Source: Acidobacteriota bacterium | Lineage (GTDB): Bacteria; Acidobacteriota; UBA6911; JACQSX01 | Reading direction: 5' to 3' | Length of the DNA stretch: 60,630 nt | Assembly (NCBI GenBank): GCA_036507075.1 | Contig: DASXQR010000035.1 | Location: 1-60,630 of the forward strand | Shown here: in pieces, positions 19,878-30,561 of the stretch | How positions within the stretch are numbered: the first letter of the stretch is position 1 | Layout of the letters: every line of letters begins with the position of its first letter | Notes under the pieces: generated by a model | Told to the model about the DNA's origin: nothing | What the model saw: the letters and a program-made list of their open reading frames with translations, nothing else | The model's database searches: none | Program-made: the position numbers and the translations under genes

Positions 19878-20699
19878 TTAACGTTCAAAGTCTTGCGTGA
19901 CATGGATTGAGGAGCGCAAGTCGAAGCGCGCTGCTGCCGAGTCCCATGCATATCGATACAACTTATAGGTAAACCCATTCGGCGTTCGGTCCCGATCACT
20001 TGTGGTCTCGATCGTGCCCCCCCCGTATTTCACCTCTGGGCTGTAACCCTTATAGTTGGAGAAAGGAATCTCGGTGAGGCGTCCCTGAATCCCGACTCTC
20101 CACATCTTTAACCATCCCGAAATCCCTGTTTCTCCCATCCCCCCAACTACGACATCTAAAGGGCCATCGTGATCCATGTCTTCAAGAAGGAATTGTCGGA
20201 ACACGAGGTCTCCCTCGTCAGTAACGAGACTCTCGATTTTGCCCTGCGACTCCCTGAGTATGTGTATATTAAAAATACTACCCGGTCTATGGTCGGGCGG
20301 AAGTGCTCTCGTCAAAACAAAATGCACTACCGATTTCCCATCTGGAGAACGGACGCGATTGACTGCAAAAGGCTCTTCGTCCTTTGCTAAGGCGGCAGCA
20401 ACCCCCGGCGCGATCAGACATCGAACGGAGGAACCAAAAACGCGCGTGTCCTTCTTCTCCGTATCTCCGTTTCGCTCGACGTACTGAACCACAATAATGT
20501 TTGCGTCGCGATCCACGGCAAGAAGTAAACCGAAGATGTGGTCGAGTTCCGGGTATCTCTTTTGCGCCACGAGTCGCGCACCGTTTGGCAGCAGTGAGGT
20601 GTCTTGCTGCCGCTCCGCAGTGGCCGCTCGACCTCCGCAGCCACTCCATACCAGCATGGACATTGTCCAGATCACACTCATCGTCAGGTGAGCCTTCAT
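19878..20699 (-). CDS. Putative lipoprotein (possible immunity protein)
   Basis: Lipobox-like LVWSG-C; DMDHDGPLD motif; ATGA overlap with the upstream ORF. Confidence 0.6.
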   Translation of the reverse strand: MKAHLTMSVIWTMSMLVWSGCGGRAATAERQQDTSLLPNGARLVAQKRYPELDHIFGLLLAVDRDANIIVVQYVERNGDTEKKDTRVFGSSVRCLIAPGVAAALAKDEEPFAVNRVRSPDGKSVVHFVLTRALPPDHRPGSIFNIHILRESQGKIESLVTDEGDLVFRQFLLEDMDHDGPLDVVVGGMGETGISGWLKMWRVGIQGRLTEIPFSNYKGYSPEVKYGGGTIETTSDRDRTPNGFTYKLYRYAWDSAAARFDLRSSIHVTQDFER

Positions 20700-21040
20700 T
20701 GCCGATCCTTGGCACCCATACAGGCGAAGAATTTTGCAAAGCCGTCAGAGTACAGCGCATATGCTTTCATCCTTCTGTCACGCGCTTCTTTGCCTTCCGC
20801 GGATTTGCTCCACTTTCCAAAACCTGACCGATACCAACCAGCCAGGACCGCGTTGCCCGCATTTGGCCTGCGAGACATAATATACAGATATATTCGAGCG
20901 GCGCTCATGACGTTCGCATAAGGGTTACCGGTGAATCGCTCAGCCGTAACATCGCCCCAGGCATCGCCCCATATGAGATCGGAGTTCTTCCGGGTATCAT
21001 ATTGCATCGGGCCAACGTCCCACGAGGGCGCCCTTCTCAA
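20696..21040 (-). pseudogene. 5'-truncated lysozyme/transglycosylase-like C-terminal fragment
   Basis: WDVGPMQ...NPYANVMSAARIYL...LAGWY resembles SLT motifs; no good start; abuts a divergent gene. Confidence 0.45.
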
Positions 21041-21064
21041 TGGCCAGGGCGGGGATTCATCGCG

Positions 21065-23449
21065 ATGTCCGTAAAGGTGAAGCTGTGGTCGGTTCTCCTG
21101 CTTTCAATGGTGACTCTTCTGCCGGCGTCGGTGCGTCGCGTCACCAGTGATAAGCAACGTGCAAAGGAGTACCTCGCTGCAGGCGACTACCGCTCTGCTC
21201 TGAACCTGCTTGACCTGCTGACAGCCTCTAATTCAGGGGATTCTGAAATATACGAATGGGCGGGTCTCGCCGCGATGCAACTGCAAGATTACGGCCCGGC
21301 AGCAGCGTATTTGAAAACTGCTCGCAGTCTGAAGCCGGGCGATCCCCAAATTCGTAAGCTGCTGGCTAAGACCTATCTGCTTGCCGAAGAACCGGCTCTG
21401 GCACAGTCCGAGCTCGAATTCTTGATTACGTTGTCACCGAAAGACTGGGAGGCATGGTCGATGCTGGGTCGCCATTACCAGCAGGCAAATCGATTTGACC
21501 GCGCAAAGCCCACTCTGGAGCAGGCGCTGCGTCTGAACCCAGGCGACGTTCTGGCGCTCGCATCGCTCGGATACACGTACTTTGGACTGGGCCGGAACGC
21601 CGAAGCAATCGCGGCATATCGCAAGGCGGTAGAGGTCAACCGAATCCGCCCCCGGCCGTACGCGGAGCCCCACGCTTCGTACGGAATCATCCTATTACGC
21701 CTGGATCGGCCGGACGAAGCGCGCTTGCAAATCGAAAGGGCGGCAGTTCTGGATCCGCAGAACAAATTAGTGCATGAGGCTCAGACGGCGCTGGCTATCA
21801 GGTTTCGTGTATCGGTGGATAATCCCACTGCCGGACAAGCTGGTTTGCGCGCCAGCGCAATAGTGCCGACCTTCCGAGACATCGCGCGCAATTCGGGTTT
21901 GGATTTCATTCTGCAGAATGACCCCACTGCCGAAAAACATCAGATCGAAACCATGCCCGGCGGCCTTGCCGTCCTTGACTTTGACAACGACGGACGGCTC
22001 GATGTCTACCTGACCAATGGCGCTGAAAGCCCCTCGCTGAAGAAGACAAGTCCGCGCTTTTGGAATCGCCTCTATCGCAACATTGGAAACGGGAGGTTCA
22101 GCGACGCGACCGTGCAGGCAGGGGTGCAGGGCCAAGGTTATGCCATGGGAGCTGCGGCAGCCGATTTCGACAATGACGGTTTCACCGACCTGGTGGTTGT
22201 CGGCGTCAACCGCAACACGCTTTATCGCAACAATGGAAACGGCACTTTCAGCGATGTTACCCGCGGCTCGGGTCTCGACTCAAAAGATGACCGGCAGCGA
22301 TGGGGTATCCATGCCGCCTGGATCGACTACGACAATGACGGCTGGCTCGATCTGCTGTTGGTTAACTACTGCGCGTGGAACCCATTGCAGGAACCCTATT
22401 GCGAGTCGGCGGGAGCCGGTCGTTCTTACTGCCATCCGTCAAAATATCGGCCCCTTCCCAACCAGCTCTTCCACAACAACCGCGATGGAACATTTACAGA
22501 CGTTTCCGAGAAGTCCGGCATCGGGCGCTTTCCGGGCAAGGGCATGGGCGCCGCTATTGCTGACTGGAATGGCGACGGTCTCAGTGACATTCTTGTCGCC
22601 AATGACACAGAGCCTAATTTCTTGTTTTGGAACAAAGGCGATGGGAAGTTTGAGGAGATCGCGACGCAGTCAGGCGTCGCTTTCAATCAATTTGGCGGCG
22701 TAGTTTCTTCAATGGGAGTCGATTTCCGGGATTTTGACAATGACGGTCGGCCCGATCTTTTCGTCACGGATCTTTCGAATGAAGGCTTCCTTTTGTTTCG
22801 AAACCGAAGCAAGTGGTTTGAAGATATCGGCGACAGGAGCGGCGTCGCTGTTGCAAGCCTGCCATTCAGCGGGTGGAGCAACGCAATCGCCGATTTCAAT
22901 AATGACGGCTGGAAAGATCTGGTCTCGGTCAATGGACACGCCATCGATAATATCGGATTGACACAGAGCAGAAGCTATAAACAGCGAAACACCCTGTACC
23001 TTAATAATGGCAACGGGAAGTTCACTGATGTGTCCCTCCGGGCAGGTCCGGATTTCCAGCGCGCCGCCGCACACCGGGGCGCGGCCGTTGCAGATTTCAA
23101 TAATGACGGGAAAATGGATCTCGTTGTCACCGCCCTGGGGGATCGGGTGGAGCTGTTTGAAAATACCACGCCGTCGGCAGGACACTGGCTCATCGTTCGA
23201 CTGGTGGGGAGGCGCTCAAATCGCTTGGGACTGGGAGCCGCCCTGGAAATTGTTACCCAGTCGGGCAGCAGACTATGGAACCATGCCACAACTTCAGTCG
23301 GCTACGCCTCCTCGTCAGATCCGCGCGTGCACTTCGGTCTGGGCAGCGCCACTCTGCTCCGCGAGGTAATGATCCGATGGCCCGCGGGCCGCGTCCAGAT
23401 AATAGAAAATGTCAACGCGGATCAAATCCTGACGGTCCAAGAAGAGTAG
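21065..23449 (+). CDS. TPR + CRTAC1-family (FG-GAP/VCBS repeats, ASPIC/UnbV) secreted protein
   Basis: TPR repeats, multiple DFDNDG motifs, HRGAAVADFNNDG and SSSDPRVHFGLG. Confidence 0.9.
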   Translation: MSVKVKLWSVLLLSMVTLLPASVRRVTSDKQRAKEYLAAGDYRSALNLLDLLTASNSGDSEIYEWAGLAAMQLQDYGPAAAYLKTARSLKPGDPQIRKLLAKTYLLAEEPALAQSELEFLITLSPKDWEAWSMLGRHYQQANRFDRAKPTLEQALRLNPGDVLALASLGYTYFGLGRNAEAIAAYRKAVEVNRIRPRPYAEPHASYGIILLRLDRPDEARLQIERAAVLDPQNKLVHEAQTALAIRFRVSVDNPTAGQAGLRASAIVPTFRDIARNSGLDFILQNDPTAEKHQIETMPGGLAVLDFDNDGRLDVYLTNGAESPSLKKTSPRFWNRLYRNIGNGRFSDATVQAGVQGQGYAMGAAAADFDNDGFTDLVVVGVNRNTLYRNNGNGTFSDVTRGSGLDSKDDRQRWGIHAAWIDYDNDGWLDLLLVNYCAWNPLQEPYCESAGAGRSYCHPSKYRPLPNQLFHNNRDGTFTDVSEKSGIGRFPGKGMGAAIADWNGDGLSDILVANDTEPNFLFWNKGDGKFEEIATQSGVAFNQFGGVVSSMGVDFRDFDNDGRPDLFVTDLSNEGFLLFRNRSKWFEDIGDRSGVAVASLPFSGWSNAIADFNNDGWKDLVSVNGHAIDNIGLTQSRSYKQRNTLYLNNGNGKFTDVSLRAGPDFQRAAAHRGAAVADFNNDGKMDLVVTALGDRVELFENTTPSAGHWLIVRLVGRRSNRLGLGAALEIVTQSGSRLWNHATTSVGYASSSDPRVHFGLGSATLLREVMIRWPAGRVQIIENVNADQILTVQEE

Positions 23450-23574
23450 AACGGGGGGGGTGCAAGCCCACAAAAGACGGCCCGCGGGCCGTCTCCAAAA
23501 ATGTCCAAACTCCAGGGCCGCGACATCTTGCGGCGAACTCTGGCGAAGCATGCTGCCTCTTTACAGCTCCGGTT

Positions 23575-25284
23575 TCATTTAAGCCCGGCCAGCATGTCCT
23601 GCGCCGACTGTGAATCCGGGTTGTAGCGCAGTGCTTCCATCAACTGTTCGCGGGCCTCATGCCTTTTGCCTGAACGCAGATAGGCCACTGCCGCAAAGAT
23701 ACGCCCGGTCTCCAGTCCCGGGTTGCGCGACAGCGCGTCCTTCCATAACTTCAACGCTTCCGGGTATTGCCCTTTTTTTGCCAGCATCCCTCCCAGATTG
23801 ACGGCCGCCACGGTTTGCGAAGGATCCTGCTCCAGGCAACGGCGGTAATGAGCCTCCGCTTCCTTTTCCTGCCCGCGTCTGTCGTAAATAAAACCGAGTT
23901 GCAGTAGAACTTGCGCATCCGGTGCTTCTTCTATGGCCGCCTTTCGCAGCAGATCGAAAGCGCGGTCATATAAGGCGTCCTTCTTTAGCTGAGATGCCGC
24001 TTCCGCGTAAGCCAGGCCCAATGCCCGGGTGTCGACCCGGTTTCCCCAGAAACTTTGCAACTGCAGCTTTCCGACGCTCGGCTCGGTCAGATTCGCGCGC
24101 GGACGCACCGGGATGGAGTGATCTGTGTAAACGGTATGTCCGGCATCGATCACTGGAGTCTTTGGCATGTGACAGGCAGCGCAATCATCCTGGTTAGCGG
24201 CTCGCAGGGCGCTTGATAATCTGCAATCCGTTTCACGATGGCAAGTCAAACATTTGGCGCGAAAATATTCCGCTCGTGACTTTTCTGCGGGCACGAAATG
24301 TGGATCATGGCAGGTCCCGCACCAGAGACGGTCACCGCTTTCCTTTTTACATCGGCTTTGCCACAGCTTCTCAAAGTGGCTGGTTGCTTTCATTTCCGAC
24401 GCGGTGGTCGACCAGACAAAGGATGAAACATGATCCGACAGCAAGTCTCCCGGACGAAAAGTAGAGAGGGATCGTCCCGCTCTAAAGATCCGGGCTTCAC
24501 CCGTGAGATGACACTGAGCGCAGACGCTGTCGCGCCGCCCCGGTTCCAGCCTGGCGGGGTTGACGATGCCAGTGTCGCCACTGGTTTGGCCTGCAGTAAT
24601 GCGGGAGACATGCGGCTGCGCGGGTCCGTGGCAGCGCTCGCAGCTCACGCCGTTTTCAAGAAAAGGAATGTTCGCAAAACCGTTTTGCGTGCCGCGAACC
24701 GGTTGCAACTGGCTGGCGTGACATTCCAGACACTCGGGCCCGACGGCACGAATCAGGTTCATGCGAGTGTGCGATTCGTAACCTGGAGACGCTCCCCACT
24801 GCCGGCGCCGCGAGTAATACGATACGGGTGCCTGGAACAAAAAGCCGCCGCTGGAGTACAGGAAGCTGCGGCCCACGGAACCCGAGCCGACAAAAAAATC
24901 GAAGCGGCGTTCTCCGGCAATCGCAGGTCCCCGGTTGAGAGCGTCTCGCGTGAAGTGGAACCAGTAACTCTCTCCTTTGTTCAATATCCGGTACTGCACC
25001 CCCGACGGAGCATGGAAGAAAGCGGCGGGCGCGAGATCGACCGTGAAGGTGGATCTGTCCACAACGCCGCTGCTGTTTGCCATCGCCGTTGTCGCATAGT
25101 TTTTGTAAATGGACGCGTGACAGCCCGCGCATGCGCGACTGCCTGTATGTTCGGCGGCGCGGTCCTGAGCAGGCGCAAGCAGGATCGCCAGGAAGAGGAG
25201 CAACGCGGACAAAATCATGATGCGCGGGAAGAAAATCACAGAGCCTCGCCGGATGCCAACGGGCGTTGCCGGCACGCGAAGCAC
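23575..25284 (-). CDS. Multiheme cytochrome c (c554-like) with C-terminal TPRs
   Basis: Seven CxxCH motifs (CAGCH, CLECH, CERCH, CAQCH, CGTCH, CLTCH, CAACH) plus TPRs; start may be ATG 25218. Confidence 0.88.
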   Translation of the reverse strand: MLRVPATPVGIRRGSVIFFPRIMILSALLLFLAILLAPAQDRAAEHTGSRACAGCHASIYKNYATTAMANSSGVVDRSTFTVDLAPAAFFHAPSGVQYRILNKGESYWFHFTRDALNRGPAIAGERRFDFFVGSGSVGRSFLYSSGGFLFQAPVSYYSRRRQWGASPGYESHTRMNLIRAVGPECLECHASQLQPVRGTQNGFANIPFLENGVSCERCHGPAQPHVSRITAGQTSGDTGIVNPARLEPGRRDSVCAQCHLTGEARIFRAGRSLSTFRPGDLLSDHVSSFVWSTTASEMKATSHFEKLWQSRCKKESGDRLWCGTCHDPHFVPAEKSRAEYFRAKCLTCHRETDCRLSSALRAANQDDCAACHMPKTPVIDAGHTVYTDHSIPVRPRANLTEPSVGKLQLQSFWGNRVDTRALGLAYAEAASQLKKDALYDRAFDLLRKAAIEEAPDAQVLLQLGFIYDRRGQEKEAEAHYRRCLEQDPSQTVAAVNLGGMLAKKGQYPEALKLWKDALSRNPGLETGRIFAAVAYLRSGKRHEAREQLMEALRYNPDSQSAQDMLAGLK

Positions 25285-25559
25285 AGAGCCACGTCCCGCA
25301 AGGGCGTGCCGGAAACAATCTCAGTCGGCTTGCCTTTCACCAGAATGTGCCGCCGCGAAAAACCGGTCACCTCAACATTTAGCGTCTCCGGCCAGGGGCA
25401 CGTCAATGTCTACGCAAGTGCGAAATACGGCCTGCGGCAGACGGCATACTTTTTTCGGGAACGTGAACGTAATCATTGACGTCAATCGTTGAGGTGCACG
25501 TGACCGTCCCCGGCATTTGTTTGGCGTGCCGGGCTCAATCCTGTGGTGAACAACTCCTG

Positions 25560-28500
25560 TCAGAAATCCATTCTCAACCCGAGTTGCCCGGTTCGACTTC
25601 CGCTCACACTGGTGATTTGCCCGAATCTCGGGTCAAGCACATTGGTCACGATGCCGCCGAAGAAATGACGGTTGAACACGTTAAGGAACTCGGCGCGAAA
25701 TTCAACCTTCATTCCTTCCTTAACCCTGAAGTTCTTATGCAGCCCGACGTCTTCTGCGATGCTCCAGGGATTCCGAATATTCGACGTAAAACCGGCGTTC
25801 CCCAGCGTAAAGGGTTTGTGGTCGGTAAAGACTCCGGGTCTCACATACAAATGTGGAGTGTAACCGGCGCGCGACACCGCCGAGGCGTCAAAGCTCTTGC
25901 GGTCAAACCCGGCCAGAAGCGATTGGCCGCCGGGATTGTTCAAGTCTGGACGGTTTGCCCGGCCGTTCCAACCCGGAATGGCGCTGCCGGTAAACCTGAG
26001 CGGAGTTCCGCTGGCATAATTCCCCAGGTAACTGAGTGTCCATCCGCCCAGCGCAAAGTCGGCCGCGCTATGCATTCCGCTGAAGAACTTTCGGTTCGCG
26101 CCAAAAGGAAGTTCGTACGTCACCCCGATTTTATAGACATGCGTCTGGTCGCTGTCCGAAAGGCTTTTTTCCAGTTTCAAATTGTAGTAGTCCAGGGGCC
26201 GGTTTGGATTGTCGTTTCTCAGGCCGCTCTCCATGTTGTGGAGCGTCTTTGAAAAATTGTAATTTGCCAGCAAGCTCAGGCCGCCGCTGTAGCGGCGATT
26301 CACCGCCAGTTGCAGCGAATGGTAATTGGAATGGCCCAAAGGAGACTGGAAGGTCGTTAAACCGATGCCGTTTCTGGCCAGATGAGGGAACGGGACCAGG
26401 GCCTGCCACAATCGCCCGCCCGCAAAGGCGGGATAAGGGAGGCCGGGGAGCCCGAACTTTTGGGCGTCCGCATCGGTTTGCAGCACGCTGTCCAGGCTGG
26501 CGCCGAATTTCAAGTGTTTCGGATCGAGCTGGTTTTTATTCGCCAGGTCGCCGACCCACAATCCTGAAGACTTCGCCCCGACATAACCGATATCCACAAT
26601 CAGATCTCTCATCAGCTCCCGCTGGATGTTGAAATTCCACTGTTGCGTATAAGGCGAGCGCCCGGCGCTCGGATCCCAGTGTGTCACACCGCCGAACTGC
26701 CAGGCTGCAGGCGTAAATGCGGCAGGCACAAAATTCCCCGGATATCCGTTGTCCCAGTTGAACAGGGAAGTGAAATTAAACGGGTTGCTCATGTTGTTGG
26801 TGCCCGCAAAGCCGCGCTGAAACGGCGCGCCCGAAAATCCGTTGAACACTGAAGCGTTGTAGAAAATTCCGTATGCAGCGCGAATTGAGGTTTTCCCGTC
26901 GGGCGAAAACGCAAATCCGAGTCTCGGCCCGAAGTCGTTTTTGTCGCTGTCAACGAACCGCCTCTTGCCGCTTCTGCCCGGACCTTTACCGGCAAATACC
27001 ACCGCGCCCTTCATACCAGTCAAAGGGTCGGTCAGATTCAGGTCGAAGTTTGATGTGCGATCCGTAACTTCCACCATCGGCGGCTGGAATTCGTAGCGCA
27101 GCCCGAGGTTCAAAGTTAATTTTGAGTTGACCTTGAAATCATCCTGCACGTAGCCGGCGTAATAGTAAGTGCGGCCGCCGGAGACCAGCGGCACCCCCAC
27201 GCTGGCGTTGTTCACCTCTCCCAGCAAAAAGGAGGCGAAGGCGTGTCCGACAAAATTCACGCCCGGAATGCCGGTCTGCTGTGACGTGAAGTTGAAGGTG
27301 CCCGAGAGATTCCCCTGAGGCCGGTTATTCTGCTGGTTTCCGCGCAGGTCCAGGCCGAGCTTCAGATTATGCCTGCCGCGCGTCCAACTGATCGAGTCGG
27401 CCGCGCCCCAGGAATTGTAGGTCTGGAAATCGTCCTGCGGATCGCCGATGTTGTCAAAGCTGATCCCCGCCGGGCCCGCGCCCCAGTTGATGCGCGGGCA
27501 GGGGCCGTTCTGCTTCACTCCCTTGATTCCCAGTGTCGCCGCACAGCCTTCGTCCACATGCGCGGAGCGATTTGGATTTGGCATGCGGTTCCACGACACG
27601 ATGAAATGATTCAGCAGCGTCGGCGACAGGATGTAATCGTGCGCGGTCCTGAACAGCCAGGAATTGACCACTTGACGGCGGGCGGTAGACAGCGGTCCCC
27701 CAATCGGATCGGTTGGATCCCACAACCCGCCCTGATCGAGCAAGAGTCGCGGGCGCGTATTGCGCGCCAGGCTGCCGTTTAATTTTTGTTTTTCTGAAAT
27801 GTCGTGATCGATTTTAAAGGACCACTGGTTTTGATCGAATTCAGGTGTATTGGCCAGAGGAAAAAGGCTGTTGGCGGTGAGCGAATTGTTTACCGGGGCA
27901 TAGTGTTTTTTGGCGATCGCGCCGATGTTTCTCGAAACCTGGCTGATCCGGCCGGCGGGGATGATGTTGTTTGGAAAAGGATCTGCCACGAAGCTCGATC
28001 CGACCTGCTTCAGTGTGAGTGGATCGTAAATCGCCCCGCGCAGGATTGGCCTTCCCAGCGCGTCGGTTCCTACCACGGTTGTGGTCAGCAGCCGGCTCAG
28101 GTTTCCTTCATACATTTCCAATTGCGGTACGGTGCGATTGGGAGTACCAAAGGCCAGCTGGCGCTCTTGATATTTCTCGGCCGATATAAAGAAGAATGTC
28201 TTGTCCCTTCCATTGTAAATCTTGGGCAGGACTACCGGGCCGCCGAAACTCCCGCCGTAATTGAAGCGCCTCTCTCTGGCGCGCGGCCGGCCGGCGGCGT
28301 TATTGGCGAACGAGTTTGCGTTGAGCGCCTCGTTGCGAAGCTGCCCAAAAAGGCTGCCATGAAGTTTGTTCTGGCCGGAGCGCATCACAAAGTTGAACAC
28401 GCCGCCTCCGGTTCGCCCGTATTCAGAGGATAAGCCGCTGGTCTGGATCTTGAATTCTTCCAGCGCTTCCATCGAGACGCTGCTTTCTCCAAAATGTCCC

Positions 28501-29084
28501 GCCAGATAAGTGGTGACGGAAGCTCCATCCAGCAGCACCTCCTTGGAAAAGGCCGGGCTGCCATTGATGCGCGACGTCCAGGTGTTCCCTTCAACGCCTG
28601 GAGTCAATTTGTATGCGAAAGCCTCGGGCGATCGGCCGCCCGCAAAAGAGAGCGGGAGCGAGAAGATATCGGAACGGTTGACGGTGGTACCGACCTCGGG
28701 TGTCTCCGTTTGCAGCAGAGGCGCCTGCGCGGTCACGCTGACAACGTCGGCAGGCGAGCCGATATCGAGCCGCACGTCAATTCCCATGACTTGTGACACG
28801 CTCAGCTGAAGATTGTCGCGCACCAGAACCTTGAATCCCGGAGATTCATACTTGATCAGGTACTCGCCTATAGGCAGGTTGGGGACGTTGTACTGCCCCT
28901 GGGCGTTGGTTTCAGTAGTGTACGTACCATTGGTCGCTTTGTTAACGACGGTGATGGTGACGTTGGGCATCGGGGAACCCGAAGGATCTGCAACCGAGCC
29001 GGAGATAGTTCCTCGATCCAATTGGGCCATGGCCGAACCAGCGATCAGAAACAGCAGAGGCAGTACCATCCATTTTGACTTCAT
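25560..29084 (-). CDS. TonB-dependent receptor (carboxypeptidase-like N-domain)
   Basis: Start MKSKWMVLPLL after an AGGAG RBS; RNEALNANSF and C-terminal QLGLRMDF. Confidence 0.92.
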   Translation of the reverse strand: MKSKWMVLPLLFLIAGSAMAQLDRGTISGSVADPSGSPMPNVTITVVNKATNGTYTTETNAQGQYNVPNLPIGEYLIKYESPGFKVLVRDNLQLSVSQVMGIDVRLDIGSPADVVSVTAQAPLLQTETPEVGTTVNRSDIFSLPLSFAGGRSPEAFAYKLTPGVEGNTWTSRINGSPAFSKEVLLDGASVTTYLAGHFGESSVSMEALEEFKIQTSGLSSEYGRTGGGVFNFVMRSGQNKLHGSLFGQLRNEALNANSFANNAAGRPRARERRFNYGGSFGGPVVLPKIYNGRDKTFFFISAEKYQERQLAFGTPNRTVPQLEMYEGNLSRLLTTTVVGTDALGRPILRGAIYDPLTLKQVGSSFVADPFPNNIIPAGRISQVSRNIGAIAKKHYAPVNNSLTANSLFPLANTPEFDQNQWSFKIDHDISEKQKLNGSLARNTRPRLLLDQGGLWDPTDPIGGPLSTARRQVVNSWLFRTAHDYILSPTLLNHFIVSWNRMPNPNRSAHVDEGCAATLGIKGVKQNGPCPRINWGAGPAGISFDNIGDPQDDFQTYNSWGAADSISWTRGRHNLKLGLDLRGNQQNNRPQGNLSGTFNFTSQQTGIPGVNFVGHAFASFLLGEVNNASVGVPLVSGGRTYYYAGYVQDDFKVNSKLTLNLGLRYEFQPPMVEVTDRTSNFDLNLTDPLTGMKGAVVFAGKGPGRSGKRRFVDSDKNDFGPRLGFAFSPDGKTSIRAAYGIFYNASVFNGFSGAPFQRGFAGTNNMSNPFNFTSLFNWDNGYPGNFVPAAFTPAAWQFGGVTHWDPSAGRSPYTQQWNFNIQRELMRDLIVDIGYVGAKSSGLWVGDLANKNQLDPKHLKFGASLDSVLQTDADAQKFGLPGLPYPAFAGGRLWQALVPFPHLARNGIGLTTFQSPLGHSNYHSLQLAVNRRYSGGLSLLANYNFSKTLHNMESGLRNDNPNRPLDYYNLKLEKSLSDSDQTHVYKIGVTYELPFGANRKFFSGMHSAADFALGGWTLSYLGNYASGTPLRFTGSAIPGWNGRANRPDLNNPGGQSLLAGFDRKSFDASAVSRAGYTPHLYVRPGVFTDHKPFTLGNAGFTSNIRNPWSIAEDVGLHKNFRVKEGMKVEFRAEFLNVFNRHFFGGIVTNVLDPRFGQITSVSGSRTGQLGLRMDF

Positions 29085-29658
29085 AACCCACACTCCTGAC
29101 GTGAAATTTGCGGACCGGAAACTGCTGCATTCTAGCCCAATCCAAACTTCTTCGCTACAGAGAGGGAAACGGTGCGAGGGAGACTGGCTGGAAAATGGCA
29201 TCTCCGGCGCGAACCCAGGCGCGGCAATCGTGTCGGCTGACCCAGACGTCTCCGATTCCCCAATGCAGATGGGTGCTGGAGATGCTGGATACATCTCACC
29301 GAAGAACTGATCTCCTGGTGGATTGAGACGTGCGGCTCTTTGAGTTATTTGCCAGCGACTCGAATTTAGTGAAGAGGATTTTGAAATTTTTGCAAAGATA
29401 AATGGCCTGTTTAACATCGATTAGTGCTGATCCGATCTGCGATTGAGGAAATTGGCTTGCTCAGTAACGTGAGCGCGTTTGCGTAATCGTCAGGAACAGA
29501 GATCTCGACGGCCAGCGCTGGACCGTTGTGAAAACGCAATGCGGGATCATGCTGCTTCGTCTGCGGGTTGATCCAAAAACGGTGTAAACCGGCATTCATC
29601 CGACGTGCGAAAGCCGGGATTCGCTACTCAACTCACCCGCGGCGGACGAGGTACCGAG

Positions 29659-29709
29659 CAGGTTGTCCGGTGCCTCTCACCAACAGGTTGTCCGGTGCCT
29701 CTCACCAAC
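29659..29709. repeat. 25-bp tandem duplication CAGGTTGTCCGGTGCCTCTCACCAA x2
   Basis: Directly visible. Confidence 0.9.
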
Positions 29710-29887
29710 GGAGGACGTAAACAGCTGATCGGATTAGATTCTGGCTCGCAACCAGTCCTCAGGTCCAAAAAAGTCCCCACTTTGCTGCCGGGATTATCCG
29801 TAAGGCGACAAAACCAACAGGAGGTTGATATTTTGGAAGGCTGCCCGCAAAATTGAACCATTAAGCTGGAGAACCCTGCGGAAGCTT

Positions 29888-30430
29888 ATGACAATGGTTG
29901 CGTTTCTGTTGCTCACGCTATTTGTGTCCACGGAGCGTCAAGAGCCTCGCTTCACAGATTATCCAGTACGCGATGTTTTTCGCGGCAAGCCAACTCCACC
30001 GCGCTTAGTTAAGCCTTGGGCGAGAATGTATCGAACCTGCATTCGGGAGGGTGTTTCAAAAGGATATGGGGTTGAGCACGGCAAAAGGGAAGGACCTGGC
30101 CCAAACTTTGCCGGGCACTATTTCGTAATCACGTGGGGATGTGGTGCGGGATGTGCCCGTATGGCAATCGTCGACGCACTGACAGGCACGGTTTATCCGC
30201 CTCCATTATCAATCGACAAACGGGACCCGCTTGCGTTGCCGCATTTTGGATTTGTCGGCCATGCTTCCCCCGAGTTCGAATTGAATAGCCGCCTTTTTGT
30301 AATGGAGACTTGTACGTGGCCGGACCCACCGACCCGCAATGAAATCCTCCCTTGTGCCACATCCTATTTCATTATCGAACCGTCAGGTTTCAAACTGGTG
30401 AAACGCGTCGACTGGAAATTTCGCAGGTGA
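29888..30430 (+). CDS. Secreted hypothetical protein
   Basis: Signal-like N-terminus; PRFTDYPV...PNFAGHYFVITWGCGAGC conserved-looking motif. Confidence 0.65.
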   Translation: MTMVAFLLLTLFVSTERQEPRFTDYPVRDVFRGKPTPPRLVKPWARMYRTCIREGVSKGYGVEHGKREGPGPNFAGHYFVITWGCGAGCARMAIVDALTGTVYPPPLSIDKRDPLALPHFGFVGHASPEFELNSRLFVMETCTWPDPPTRNEILPCATSYFIIEPSGFKLVKRVDWKFRR

Positions 30431-30516
30431 TCAGCGAACGAAATTGGTTAGCCTGAGTCCGAGAGGCGGGTAATCCTCTGAACTGCCAAGGTATTGCGCA
30501 CCACCGTGGAAGGAAG

Positions 30517-30561
30517 TGGCGGGGCCGACGAGACTCGAACTCGCGACCTCCTGCGTGACAG
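30517..30561 (-). repeat. att site: 3' fragment of tRNA-Asp (copy 1; distal end of the 20.8-kb element)
   Basis: Exact 45-bp match to 51273-51317. Confidence 0.95.

Noticed and set aside
16989..21071. 16-bp match TTCATCGCGATGTCCG at 16989-17004 and 21056-21071 (palindromic core, at a gene junction)
   Set aside because: One 16-bp match in 60 kb is roughly expected by chance and there is no flanking similarity, so it is not claimed as a recombination site.
29085..29417. 110-aa N-terminal extension of the TonB receptor in the ORF track
   Set aside because: RBS and signal peptide point to ATG 29084; the upstream part looks non-coding or like debris.
29659..29709. 25-bp and 16-bp (51821-51852) direct repeats and the 16-bp array at 1911-2044 as possible CRISPR arrays
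   Set aside because: Adjacent tandem copies without unique spacers, and no cas genes in the window.
12778..30430. Integron-like cassette array of secreted-protein genes
   Set aside because: No repeated attC-like sites found, and the integrase is a phage-type enzyme linked to the tRNA.
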